This document shows positions 10,729-23,172 of a stretch of DNA of 64,000 nucleotides, piece after piece; position 1 is the first letter of the stretch; the number at the start of each line of letters is the position of its first letter. The DNA comes from Eledone cirrhosa (taxonomy: Eukaryota). Location of the stretch: positions 558,001 through 622,000 of the forward strand of contig OZ024742.1 in NCBI GenBank assembly GCA_964016885.1. The letters are read 5' to 3'. The position numbers and the translations under genes are program-made. Below the pieces are notes generated by a model. That model was not told where the DNA came from. It did no database searches and was given only the letters and a program-made list of their open reading frames with translations.

Positions 10729-12421
10729 AGAGCAGGTTAAGACTGATAGGATACATTACCAGAAGGGCATCTTTCAGGGTGATAGCTTGTCAGTACTACT
10801 CTTCGTTCTCTCACTGAATCCACTATCTTACCTACTCAGGAAACAAGGTGGACAAAGAAGTGGGCCCAGAAGTATCTCCCATCTTTTCTTTGTTGATGAC
10901 CTGAAGTTGTATGGGCCAAATATCAATGACATCAAGAAACAATTGGACCTCATTACACAATTTTCAACCGACATCAAAATGAAATTTGGTGAGTCCAAGT
11001 GTGCATATTTGGCAGTAAAACGTGGAAGAGCTGTGCCCTCCTCTAGAAATCTAGATATGAACGGCCTGACAATACAACCTCTGCAGTCAGGTGACAACTA
11101 CAGATATCTTGGACAGGATGAGAATGTCAGATATGATGGACCCATAAATAAGGAGAGAACCAGAACTGAATACCTCAGAAGAGTAAAAAAAATATGGTCA
11201 TCAGAACTGTCAGCATACAACAAATACATTGCCCACAATACCTATGCTGTGCCAATTATAACGCCAACATTTGGCCTACTGAACTGGTCATTGCAAGAAC
11301 TAAGTGAGATGGATGTTAGAACTCGTAAACTTCTCAGTGTTACTGGGAACTTTAACATCAATGGTGATGTGGATAGGCTATACTTCTCACGCAAGGAAGG
11401 TGGCCGGGGTCTAAAATCAATATTAACAACATATGAGACCCGGATAGTAACACTGAAGCAACACCTTCAACAGAGGAAAAAGGTTGGCGACCATCTTGCT
11501 CAGGTTTATGAGCATGAAAAAAGAAATATCATTAGAATAGCGACTGATCTGGAGGAGAGATATGGAATAAAGCCTGATATAAATCTCTCACCCAGAGAAA
11601 TCGGAAGATCCTATTCAATGTTCAAACAAGAAAAAAAAATTGACCAATTTACAGAGAAAGTTGTGCATGGATACTTGAGGCGTAAAACACAGACCATAGA
11701 GGGGATAAACCACTCAAAAAGCCTGGCATGGAGTTACGACAAGTTTATGACATCACACCTTGAGGGATATCTCTATGCAATACAGGAACAAGAACTCCCT
11801 ACCAAATATCTGCTGCACAAAAGAGGAGGGCCAGCAGCTGACAATAAATGTAGGCTATGTAAAACAAAGATCGAGGATGTAAGCCACATTGTTGCCAGCT
11901 GCGAAAGAATGTCATCTCGCTACTACCTCCCCATGAGACACGATGGGATAGCTAGAACTATCTGGAACGCACTTCGGAAAACAAAATTAACAACAAACGA
12001 GGAAGAATATATTGAGACAGATGGCACTAAGGAATACTGGTGGAACCTGAAAATAAAAACTGCCACCAAATTAAAGCACAACCGGCCTGATATTGTAGTT
12101 TGGGACCACACATTGAAAACGTGTTCTGTTGTGGAGATCAGCTGCCCACTTGATGTAAACGTTGTCAGAAAAATACAGGAGAAGGAGGACATCTACGGAC
12201 CATTGATGAGGAGCTTACAAATCCAGTATCCAAGATACACCTTTAGCTTCATACCCATCATTATTGGTGCTACGGGTTATATACCAACCCGCTTGGACCA
12301 AAGTATGACCGAACTTGGATTTGCGGACAAAAAGCGCAGCTCCCTAATTCATAGTCTACAAATGGCTGCGATAGCTGGCACCTTCAAAATATGCAAAACA
12401 TTCTTGCGATTCAAGGGATGA
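10729..12421 (+). CDS. Partial RT plus CCHC finger plus PD-(D/E)xK restriction-like endonuclease (uninterrupted)
   Basis: GIFQGDSLS, FVDD, YRYLG, GGRGL, CRLC..EDVSHIVASC, RHD, NRPDIVV..VVEISCP..KEDIY. The N-terminal part of the listed ORF is microsatellite. Confidence 0.88.
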
Positions 12422-12502
12422 CAATTTCTTTTCTTTTACAACCTTGCCACCAGGAAGGTGGCCGGTCAAAAAAATATACTCGAAATTAAGAGAAAGAGAA
12501 AA
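10729..12502 (+). mobile_element. 5'-truncated R4/Dong-like RLE non-LTR retrotransposon
   Basis: Flanked by (TACA)n on both sides; short 3'UTR with hairpin gccacc-aggaa-ggtggc (12446-12462) and an A-rich end. Confidence 0.85.
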
Positions 12503-12547
12503 CATACATACATACATACATACATACACACATACATACATACACAT

Positions 12548-15350
12548 CGAGACAATCACTTGATCACCTATAGATCGGGGGAACACACAAGCCAGGTAGA
12601 TTATATCCTTACCAGAAGACGTGACAGAGTGTCTGTTGTTAACACTAAATCCCTCCCCCATGAAAAATGCACCTCCCAACATAGACTGATAATTAGCGAC
12701 CTCATAGTCAGGACGAGACATACTAGACAGCAGAAGAGGACTATCCTCAGGAGAAAAATATGGAAGCTAAAGGACCCCACAGCCAGAAATAAATTTCAAA
12801 GCATATTACTTGATGCTTTCGACAGTAAGGAAGAGCAATTAGAGTCGTATAATATAGAGGAACAGTGGGAATTCCTGAAAGCAAACCTGCTGACGGCGGC
12901 AGACGAAGTCTGTGGCTGGAGCAGGCATGTAGGTAGGAGGAGAGTAACATGGTGGTGTAACAGTAAGGTGGAGGAGTCAATTAAGGCCAAAAAGCAGGCT
13001 TGGAAAGTATGGCGGGATGAGGGAAGTAGAGAAGACTATCAAGTGGCCAGGAGGGAAGCTAGGAGACAAGTGTACTTCGCAAGAAGGGAAGCAGAGGAAA
13101 GAAAGTTCAAGCATGTTCTACAACGCGAGGACCAAAAACGTGAGGTGTTCAGGATTGCTAGGCAATGTGTCAAAGAAAACCGTGATATTGTCGGGGAGAA
13201 GTGTGTACTTAATGATGAAGGCGTACTTGCCATCACTGACGCTGATAAGAAGGTAGCTTGGAAGAGTCACTACGAAAGGCTTCTAAATGAGGAGAATAAA
13301 TGAGAGAAAGACAGTCTCCCCCACATCAACCCAATAGAGGGACCAGCAGTGTTAGTCGAAGGTAGTATAATAAGTAAGGCAATCAAAGATATGAAGGCGG
13401 GTAAGGCGGCTGGGCCTTCGGAAATAGTTGCTGAGATGCTGAAAGCCTCTGAAACGGTGCGACACACCATGGTCTCCCGGATAGTAAACATACAGAATGG
13501 GGTTGTTCCGAAGGACTGGCGTAGCAGCATCATCATTAACTGTTACAAGGGTAAAGGAGATGCCCTAGATAAGTGTAACTATAGAGGCATTAAATTAATC
13601 GACCAGGTCGTGAAGGTCACGGAAAAAGTAATAGCGCAACTAATCCGAGAGAGAATTGATCTAGATGAAATGCAGTTCGGGTTTGTGTCAGGCGAAAGTA
13701 CCACAGACGCTCTGTTCATTGTACGACAACTACAGGAGAAGTACCTAGCTAAAAGTAAACCCCTATACTTAGCTTTTGTTGACTTGGAGAAAGCCTTCGA
13801 CAGAGTCCCCCGTTCCATTATCTGGTGAGCTCTTAGAAAACTAGGTGTTGACGAATGGCTTGTAAGAGCTATACAAGCCATGTATAAAGAAACAGTCAGC
13901 AAGGTTAGAATTAACAACGAATATAGTGAAGAGTTTAGCGTAAAAGTTGGTGTCCATCAGGGCTCTGTTCTTAGCCCCCTCCTATTTATTATTGCCCTTC
14001 AGGCTATAACAGAGGAGTTCAAGACCGGCTGCCCATGGGAACTCCTATACGCAGATGATCTAACGCTCATAGCTGAATCAATGGTCGAGCTAGAGAAGAA
14101 ATTCCAAACATGGAAGCACGGCCTAGAATCAAAAGGCCTTAAAATTAACCTGGCTAAGACTAAAGTTCTAGTTTGTAGGAAAGAAAATAAGGCGCCGGTC
14201 CCTTCCGGGAAATGGCCATGCTCAGTGTGTAGGAAAGGAGTAGGTAGAAACTCCATTTTATGTCCCAAATGCAAAGTATGGGTGCATAAAAGATGTAGTG
14301 GGATCACAGGTAAGCTAAGAACATAGATTTTACATGTGGCCGGTGCTCTGGTGCAATAAGTAGCAGCAAGTGCCCACAAAATACTAGCTCTTTCAATTGC
14401 ACAGAGGGTTCTATAGAAATAGTGGACAGCTTCCGTTACCTGGGTGACAAAATCAGCAGTGGGGGAGGGTGCTCTGAAAGTACAGTAGCTAGAGTCAGAA
14501 CTGGTTGGAAAAAGTTCAGAGAGCTTATACCACTATTAGCCGCTAAAGGGTTCTCCCTAAAAATGAAAGGCAGGTTGTACGATGCCTGCATACGAACAGC
14601 AATGTTGCATGGCAGTCAGACCTGGGCATTGTGTGCAGAGGATATACGCAGACTAGAGAGGAACGAAACTTGCATGCTCCGCTGGATGTGTAACAGTAAT
14701 ATACGTGAACGGCAAAGCATAAGCGAACTAAGGAAAAAATTAGAAATAAGAGGGATCAGATGTTGTTTAGTCGAGAGAAGGCTACGTTGGTATGGTCACG
14801 TGATGCGCATGAAAGACGACAGCTGTATAACAAAGTGCAGGGCAATAAAGACAGACGGTAGCTACGGAGTAGGCAGACCCAGAAAAACCTGGGACGAGCT
14901 GATAAATTCTGACCTCACACACTTACACCTCTCCAAGACAATGTCACTGGACCGAGACCTTTGGCGGTACTCAGTAATAGAGAAGACCCGCCTTACCTAA
15001 GTACAAAGTAAAACCTACTACAGTCAGTAGGCATCTCTAACAAAATACACCCCACCCCATCCACACCGCCCTTTCAATGTAAAATTATGTTGGTGCCACA
15101 ACATCCAGGCCGAAACAAATGAGATCATGTAGACAGTCCACGCTGTAATGTGGCCGTGTAGGCAACACGGTAAAAACCTCCCAGCCCCACACTGTAAATG
15201 TGGTTGGTGTTAGGAAGGGCATCCAGCTGTAGAAAACCCGCCAGATAGTCCTATGCGAGCAAGACAATCACTCTTGCCTCAAGTGGGAAAACCCCCGTCC
15301 AAACCCATGCAAGCGTGGAACACGGACGTTAAACATTGATGATGATGATG
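12548..15350 (+). mobile_element. RTE-clade LINE family A, 5'-truncated, with stops and a frameshift; PHD-like finger in RT
   Basis: APE C-terminus SQVDYIL..QHRL; RT NYRGIKL, DLEKAFDRV, QGSVLSP, LLYADD, FRYLG; TGA at 13301 and 13826; ~350-nt 3'UTR and (GAT)n tail. Confidence 0.92.
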
Positions 15351-15664
15351 ACATATATATATACATATATACACTTTCCTAAACCTAATCTTTGTACTTC
15401 AATGTCAGTTTTGAACCATTACCAGTGAAGTGAAAGTAAGACTCAACAAAACAAAACACAACCAGGATTCACAATCTTCCTTATTATAGCCATCATCATG
15501 ATCACTACATCTACTTTCCATGCTGGGTTGGATGGGTTGTCAAACTTAAAGACATGGCTTTGTCAGGGAGTCTGAACTAGTTCATATGTTCCATCATTTA
15601 GAATGGCTTCTATGGTTGGATGCTTTCCTAATGCCATTAACTTTATAGAGTTGTGGATCTACTG

Positions 15665-16017
15665 CCTTCCAGACAAACATGGTACCTTTCATAGTGGTAC
15701 CAACATTGGACAGGTTACCTACTTCCAGACAAACATGGTACCTTTCATAGTGGTACCAACATTGGACAGGTTACCTACTTCTAGACAAACATGGTACCTT
15801 TCATAGTGGTACCAACATTGGACAGGTTACCTACTTCTAGACAAACATGGTACCTTTCATAGTGGTACCAACATTGGACAGGTTACCTACTTCCAGACAA
15901 ACATGGTACCTTTCATAGTGGTACCAACATTGGACAGGTTACCTACTTCCAGACAAACATGGTACCTTTCATAGTGGTACCAACATTGGACAGGTTACCT
16001 ACTTCCAGACAAACATG
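15665..16017. repeat. 56-bp minisatellite (~6.3 copies)
   Basis: agacaaacat recurs at 15671, 15727, 15783, 15839, 15895, 15951 and 16007. Confidence 0.95.
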
Positions 16018-16060
16018 ATTAGGCCATTTCATCAAAATAATAACCCCCAATAGCCATTAA

Positions 16061-16303
16061 CCCTTTTTATAACAACCTACCAGAAACCTCCCTAAATCTA
16101 TCATATAAAACTACTCATTTTAAAATGTTTATACTCAAGAAAACCTTCCATCTTAATTTTATTTAAGACATTTTTTATTAAGTAATGTTTTAAATAACTT
16201 TTTAATGAAAAAAAATTAGCAATTATATTCTTCCATTGTTTTATTTTTAAAATTAATTGAAGCATGATGAATGTATTTTATTAGAAATACGGTAACAAAA
16301 GGG
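16061..16303. mobile_element. piggyBac-type MITE with TTAA target-site duplication; decayed relatives at ~16607-16913 and ~16984-17205
   Basis: ttaa|ccctttttataac ... gtaacaaaaggg|ttaa: imperfect terminal inverted repeats with TTAA on both sides. Confidence 0.7.
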
Positions 16304-17568
16304 TTAAATATTTCATTCCTTCCTAAACCTAATCTATATTATAGTTCAATATTAGTGTTGAATCATTGCTGATGAGAAGAGGAAGCAGTTGAGTGAAAGG
16401 AAATGGGATTTAGAATCTTTAGAACAAGGAATAATATAAAAAGGTTGGTTGGTTGGTGTCACTACATTGAAAGAGATAAGAAAATCTTGATTCTAAAACT
16501 AAATCTTATACCAAAATTATAAATTATTGAAATTCTGTCACATCATGTTCACCTGTGAACAATATGTTAATTAGACCCAAAGCCTCACCACCAGCTGAAG
16601 CTTTAACCCTTCCATGACCATATTTCTGATGAAAGCGACTGTGTTTGAAAATTAATTTTGAAAATAATCACGAATTTTGAAAATGTTAGTAAAATTACAA
16701 ACATTTTCATCATTAAATTGGCTTGGGGGAACATATTAACAAAAGTTACTTACATAACACTATGATGGAAGATTTTAATTTAAGTCTCATAATATGACAA
16801 CCTTTCTAACCCATGCAAGTGTGGAAAATGGACATGAAATGATGACATTTTAAAATAAGCGATGTTACATCAGTGAATCAGAAGTACTCTTGTTTGGTTT
16901 AGTATCAAAAATCTTAAATAGTTAGCCACAAGTAATTTAACAGATCTTAGCATCTCTATCTCTAAGTTAGTCCTAAACTGTCAACATTTTTCATACCAAC
17001 CCAGCCAAAACTGGGTCTGCTTCTATGAAACAAAACTAACCCTTTAGAAATGTTCCAGTTGAAATTAAAATCTTCCAAAATAATTTTATAAGTTAAGTTA
17101 GTATCTTAGTAATTAATCATTAATAATTTTAGTTAATCTGTCAAAATTCTTCATTAATTAATTGAAAAAGAGTGTATTTCCTGAGAATATGGTTAAAAAA
17201 AGGGCAAAAACGAACTATTGTTTCAGCTGTGTCCTTGTTGACCCACAGGTGAGATGATAAAGATAATTACTGCAGGTCATTCAGTCTACCTGAGAGAACT
17301 GACCACTTAATTACAGGTAAATACTAATTAATTTATATGGCTGAATGAATGAATGAATGAATGAGTGGGTGAGTGCATGGATTTACATGTGTGTGTGTCT
17401 GTGTGTGAGTGCATGTGTGAATACTTGTGTTTATGTATATGCTGTAGACATTAAGAACTATATATATATATATATATATACATGCAAAAATTAAATACAA
17501 ATAAAGTAAACAGCACAAAACAATGAAGAAATATATTAGTTTAAGGCTTGATATAGTAGGAAAAGAGT

Positions 17569-17603
17569 CTTAAAGTTTTGGACACTAGTCCTTCATCAGA
17601 AGA
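17569..17603 (-). ncRNA. Degenerate minimal hammerhead ribozyme (Penelope-type remnant)
   Basis: Minus strand tctt-CTGATGA-aggac-tagt-gtcc-AAAAC-tttaaga; GAAA mutated to AAAA. Confidence 0.45.
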
Positions 17604-17902
17604 TAAAGAAGAGGAAAAAACAGGAAACATTTTTTTTTTTTAGAAAAAAAACCTGTATTCAGTTAACCATTTTATATGTGTGTGCGCACATGTGCGTGCA
17701 TATATATATAAATATGCTTATATTAGGGTCTTATATTAAGGTTGTACTGATAGCAAATTGGTTGATTACCGATTAATCAGCCACCGATTATCCATAATAT
17801 TAGAATATGGAAATACGTATTATAATTGATAGCAAATATAATATTATATAATCATAATTATGTAGCAACTGAGAGAACGTAATAAAGTTTGGCTGATTTT
17901 AC

Positions 17903-17945
17903 CATGGGGGTAACATATACAAGCCTGTAAGGATTCACCTGCATT
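17903..17945 (-). CDS. Candidate 43-nt host exon
   Basis: ttttcctattttcag| ... ATG|gtaaaa; open in two frames (NAGESLQACICYPH or MQVNPYRLVYVTPM). Splice signals are the only evidence. Confidence 0.2.
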
Positions 17946-18371
17946 CTGAAAATAGGAAAATCTTCACGTTTTTAGATTTATACATTGAAAGAATATATAT
18001 TTATCCGTCAGTAATATCACTATTTTTTGATTGCTCTTGTTACAGTCTGTGTGTGCGTGTTTATATTCTTCCAATATTGGTTATTCCAATGTCTTGGAAT
18101 TCCTGATGTATCTTGAGTTCCAGAAACCATGGTTGAGATATTACATAAGTTAAAGCACATTTTTTAGCTGTTTAGCTTATATCTCGCCAAAAGAGATTTT
18201 GGCTTAAGTTTAATATATTTTATTACTTCTCTGAGTGGATAATTTATTAATATATCTTATCCTTACATTGAAATGTTTACATATTAGAGTTAACTTTATA
18301 GATGTTTAATATAGAAATGGCTTCTACTGTGGTTACGCCTGATTGAACTCAAGACTATATATATATATATA

Positions 18372-18570
18372 GAGGAAAATGTTCAAGACCCCGACGGCAG
18401 AGCTCAAGCCGTTTCAACAGCTATTTCTGGTCCAGAAATAGCCGTCGAAACGGCTTGAGCTCTGCCGTCGGGGTCTTGAACATTTTCCCATTACCCACTC
18501 TACTACCTAAAGTATTGAGTACTCTGGTGCGTTATGGTCCACCTGGTTCCTTACCACACTTCCTTCGTTA
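18372..18570 (+). mobile_element. Fold-back element copy 2
   Basis: Arms 18374-18430 and 18432-18488 with a 1-nt centre; flanked by (TA)n; opposite orientation to copy 1. Confidence 0.65.
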
Positions 18571-18929
18571 TATATATTCAGCCACTGCTAATACTTAATA
18601 GCTTACCCTCCACTCTCATCCATTCATCCTTGTTAAACTACTACCATCAACAAAACCCATCATCCCCTACTGTTGTCATTGGCAACAGTATCCTCTCAAC
18701 AAACCATAAATCTTCCCACTATTACCACATCTGTGCTGCTTCCACCACCACCAACATTTCAAACAGTCATCCTCCTCTACCACCACCCTTTCAAACAGCC
18801 ATCCTTATTAAGGCTATCCTCCACCACCACCAGCATCCTCTTAAGCATGTCATCCTTGTAAGATTTCCATTCTCTGGAGACAATAACACCTATAGCCATC
18901 ACTGCAGGCAGCATCACCACCATCAACAC

Positions 18930-19820
18930 TGACCACCACTACCATCAACACCACCACCAACACTACCACCACCACCACCACTATTATGATCACCATAAAC
19001 ACCACCACCACCACTATTATGATCACCATAAACACCAACACTACCACCACCACCACTACCACTATTATGATCACCATAAACACCAACACCAACACTACCA
19101 CCACTACCACTATTATGATCACCATAAACACCAACACTACCACCACTATTATGATCACCATAAACACCACCACCACCACCACCACTATTATGATCACCAT
19201 AAACACCAACACTACCACCACCACCACTACCACTATTATGATCACCATAAACACCAACACTACCACCACCACCACTACCACTATTATGATCACCATAAAC
19301 ACCACCACTATTATGATCACCATAAACACCAACACTACCACCACCACCACTATTATGATCACCATAAACACCACCACCACCACTATTATGATCACCGTAA
19401 ACACCAACACCAACACCACCACTATTATGATCACCATAAACACCAACACTACCACCACTACCACTATTATGATCACCATAAACACCAACACTACCACCAC
19501 TACCACTATTATGATCACCATAAACACCAACACCACCACTATTATGATCACCATAAACACCACCACCACCACTATTATGATCACCAACACCAACACTATT
19601 ATGATCACCATAAACACCAACACTACCACCACTACCACTATTATGATCACCATAAACACCAACACCACCACTATTATGATCACCATAAACACCAACACCA
19701 ACACCACCACTATTATGATCACCATAAACACCAACACCAACACCACCACTATTATGATCACCATAAACACCAACACCACCACTATTATGATCACCATAAA
19801 CACCACCAACACTACCACTC
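18930..19820. repeat. Compound minisatellite: constant core ctattatgatcaccataaac separated by variable (ACC/AAC/ACT)n
   Basis: Direct inspection; more than 20 cores. Confidence 0.9.
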
Positions 19821-20270
19821 CACCCTGTAAAATGTCCTCATTAAATTATCTGCAACAGCTTGCTGCCTCCTCCTCTTCAAACAGCAGACAGAGATATGCT
19901 TTGCATCAGATCTTAGGATTTCAAGAGCAATATAACCCCCACCACCACAAATGTAACTATCCCCACCACCACCATTTATCTAAAACCTTAATGATCAGGT
20001 AAAGTTGGTAATGACCCATACAGAATGGTTCTCTAGTGCTTCTCAACAACAGTGGTGCCACCATCACCATTATTATTAACCCTTTCACACATATTTCTAG
20101 ATGATGATGATACACAGTATTTCAGTATTCTAATTATACTGGGGGGGGGGGGGGGGATATTACACCTGTTTCACTTGGGAGGGGGGATAAAATACCAGTA
20201 ATGCACTGGGGTCAATTTAATCGACTCCACCCCCCCCTCCCAAACCAGAAACCATTATTATTATTATCAA

Positions 20271-20465
20271 GGGCGGTGAATTGGCAGTATCAGCAGAGAG
20301 TTGAACGCCATGCTTTCTAGCATAGTTACGTCCCTTTACGGTTTGAGTTCAAATCCCGTCAAGGTTAACTTTGCCCTTCATTCTTACGGGGTCGATAAAA
20401 TAAAGTACCAGTAATGTACTGGGTAATTGCTGGCCTTGTGCCAAAAGTAGAAACTATTATTATTA
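20271..20465 (+). mobile_element. SINE family S2
   Basis: ggcggtgaattggcag head, gagttcaaatccc B-box, ggggtcgataaaataaagtaccag core, (TAT)n tail. Confidence 0.8.
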
Positions 20466-20834
20466 TCAAGGTGAGTTAGTAGACATCAAAACATAAGATT
20501 AAATGTCCTCAGAGTATTTGATTTCAATCCCATCAGGTCTTAACTGTTCTCAACATCATTAAAAATATATAATTAAATTATATATATACAGAGAGAGAGT
20601 GAACCAGTTAATAAATCAATAAATAAGCTACCCATCCCTATACACTCCTTCCCCAGGGAGAAACAGTCCTTCCTTCTATGGTCAGAACAATCCATTTTTC
20701 TCAGTATTGTTCTTTATACAACATTTGTACATAAACCATTCTTCTACAGACAGAAGATGAAATATTCAGTTTCTTCTACAAATACGTGCTTGTAGACTTG
20801 TTTAATATCCATTTTCCACACTAGCATAGATTCT

Positions 20835-20865
<31 letters not shown>

Positions 20866-21091
20866 GGAGAACATTTGAAAGTAGATATATCCACTAGTGT
20901 TTTAACAAGTTGTGTTAAAGTTGAATGTGTTATTCAGGTTAAATCCTGCAAGTCACAAGATCCAAGGTGTAATCCGTGGGATATCATCCAGGCAGTTAAA
21001 GACTGTGAACATCGCAGAACATAAACACAGCATAAATATTGATTTCAGAAAATGTAACAAAAGGTTTTACTCAGTTAAAATGATTTCATGC

Positions 21092-21133
<42 letters not shown>

Positions 21134-21149
21134 GTAGCGAAACATGGAA

Positions 21150-21360
21150 AGTAACTGCATAGGCTGGAGAGAATTAAAGCAAAGATGCTTTGATGGATGT
21201 GCATTGTTAATGTGAGAGAATGTCGGAGCTTGGATGATCAGAGAAAACTGGATTTAAAAGGAACTAGAAGTGGTGTGCAAGAGCGACCACTGCATTGGTA
21301 TGAACATATGATGATGATTTCTGGATGAAGAAGTGCCAGGGAATCCCAGTAGAAGGGGTA
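21150..21360 (+). mobile_element. Old degenerate RTE 3' coding fragment
   Basis: ctggagagaattaaagcaaagatgctttgatggatgtgc...aagaagtgccagg resembles the [13 protein letters not shown]...KKCQ region of family C. Confidence 0.55.
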
Positions 21361-22167
21361 GATTTTAGTTTAACATCATACAATCAGGGGCAGATTTCAG
21401 CTGGTTTTGTATCAAAAGGGTTAAAATTCAAGAATAAAGTTCACAATATGAGCTTATAGTTCAAACTTATGTACGTTTAACTAGTCTTTTACAAAGTTGC
21501 ATCTCATAGGTTTCTGGGTAGTTTTAATGATAGAGACCTGAGACCTGTCATGTAACACCTTGCTCTAGAACACAATGTGGTGTTCCTATTCTAGGAATTG
21601 AACCTACAACCCTATGATTTTGAGTTCGACATGCTAACCACAAGGCCATACAACTTCAATACAGACTTCTTCAGTTAAGTACTAACAACTGACAACTGAT
21701 TCTCTTCTATATTCTAAGTGGTTTTAACAAGACTATAGGCTGGCTGACATATACATAATGAGAGATATTATATAGTAATATAAAGGTTATTGATTATTGG
21801 AAGTGGATAATGTGTGATGTGACAGCAGAGGGAGATAGGTGAAAAATGGGAAGGGGTAGAGGAGAGAGAAAAAGAAAGGGTTAAAGTGAGAGAGAGAGAC
21901 ATTGGAGTTGAGATGAAAGAAAGAGACAAAGGGGTTGTTGCAGTGTTTGTATGTATATACATATATATACACATACATTTGTTATTGATTCAATAGTAAT
22001 TTTATAGAAAAACATCTTAAGATTTGGAACAAGGTTACTGGATTAATTTCATAAAAAAACAGAATTTTCAAATTATATTAAAAAGTAGCCATTTTAAATA
22101 TAGTGAGTGAATGTGGTAGATGGAAACTATATAAGCCTATTGTATCTTTTGGTGTGTGCATATATGA

Positions 22168-22525
22168 AGGTACAAGGTTAGGTGGTTAGAGAATTGGGCT
22201 TGCAATCATGAGGTAAGTTTGATTCCCGGACTGGGTGATGTGTTCTGTCCTTGAGCAAGATACTTTATTTCACATTGTTCCTGTAGAAATGAGTATTGAC
22301 ATGAGTAGTGCCAAGCTGTTTTCAGCCATTGCTTTTCTCCTTGGACAACATTGGTGGCAGGGGTGACCGGTATGCCTGGGTATGACTGTATTCCACAAAA
22401 ACTCCTTATGCCTTAGAGGAGAAGTTTCTCGGTATAAATCCAATGGTTATTTATGACTGAATGGGTTCATTACCCTTTACATCCATGTGAGCATGGAAAA
22501 AAAATGGACATAAAACGGATGATGA
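22168..22525 (+). mobile_element. Degenerate tRNA/CORE-like SINE
   Basis: ggtggttagagaattgggcttgcaatc...gtccttgagcaagatactttatttcac; ends in a catggaaa..ggacataaaacggatgatg tail. Confidence 0.65.
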
Positions 22526-22569
22526 GAGAGAAGTGAAGGGTATAATTAAATTAAGTTAACCTATACACA

Positions 22570-23172
22570 CAAACTGCATAACATTTTCAATATGCCCTGG
22601 AAAGAATGTTCTAAAACAAGATTATACAATAAGCTACCTAAAGTAACAAAGAACTTTAGAAAAAGAAAAGTTCACTTTGGTGGAGATTGCTGGAAAATTG
22701 AGGGGTAGCTGGTTAGTGGTTCAGTGATACTCTACTTTAGATATCTCAATGGTTGCCCCTCAAAGTCATACATCGACAAGTTAACAAATGATACAGAATG
22801 TCATGAAGAACAACTGCTGTGGAGGCTCAAGACAGGAGGGAGCTCAAGATAGGAGGGGGCTCAAGACAGGAAGAGGCTCAAGACAGGAGGGGGCTCAAGA
22901 CAGGAGGGGGCTCAAGACAGGAGGGGGATCAAGACAGGAGGGGGATCAAGACAGGAGGGGGCTCAAGACAGGAGGGGGCTCAAGACAGGAGGGGGCTCAA
23001 GACAGGAGGGGGCTCAAGACAGGAGGGGACTCAAGACAGGAGGGGACTCAAGACAGGAGGGGACTCAAGACAGGAGGGGACTCAAGACAGGAAGAGGCTC
23101 AAGACAGGAAGAGGCTCAAGACAGGAAGAGGCTCAGAGTCAGAATAAGAACCAACTCAACTCAATGATGATG
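22570..23172 (+). mobile_element. Old RTE 3' fragment (family E-like) that contains the 17-bp array
   Basis: Translates as RLYNKLPKVTKNFRKRKVHFGGDCW...YIDKLTNDT; ends in tgatgatga. Confidence 0.55.
22823..23135. repeat. 17-bp minisatellite ggctcaagacaggaggg (~18 copies)
   Basis: tcaag recurs at 22861, 22878, 22895 and onward. Confidence 0.95.

Noticed and set aside
10667-12421. RT plus nuclease as a prokaryotic retron, DGR or defence system
   Set aside because: Domain order and motifs are those of eukaryotic RLE non-LTR retrotransposons; there is no operon context.
15665-16017. Regular repeats as a CRISPR array
   Set aside because: Head-to-tail units with no unique spacers, no cas genes, eukaryotic context.
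18850-20002. Repeat/spacer-like array and its Thr-rich or hydrophobic ORFs (CRISPR or mucin)
   Set aside because: The 'spacers' are (ACC)n slippage products. Trinucleotide structure keeps the frames open, and no splice or start context supports coding.
20630-20745. Possible minus-strand exon (ctgtctgtag| ... |gtagct)
   Set aside because: All three frames contain stops.
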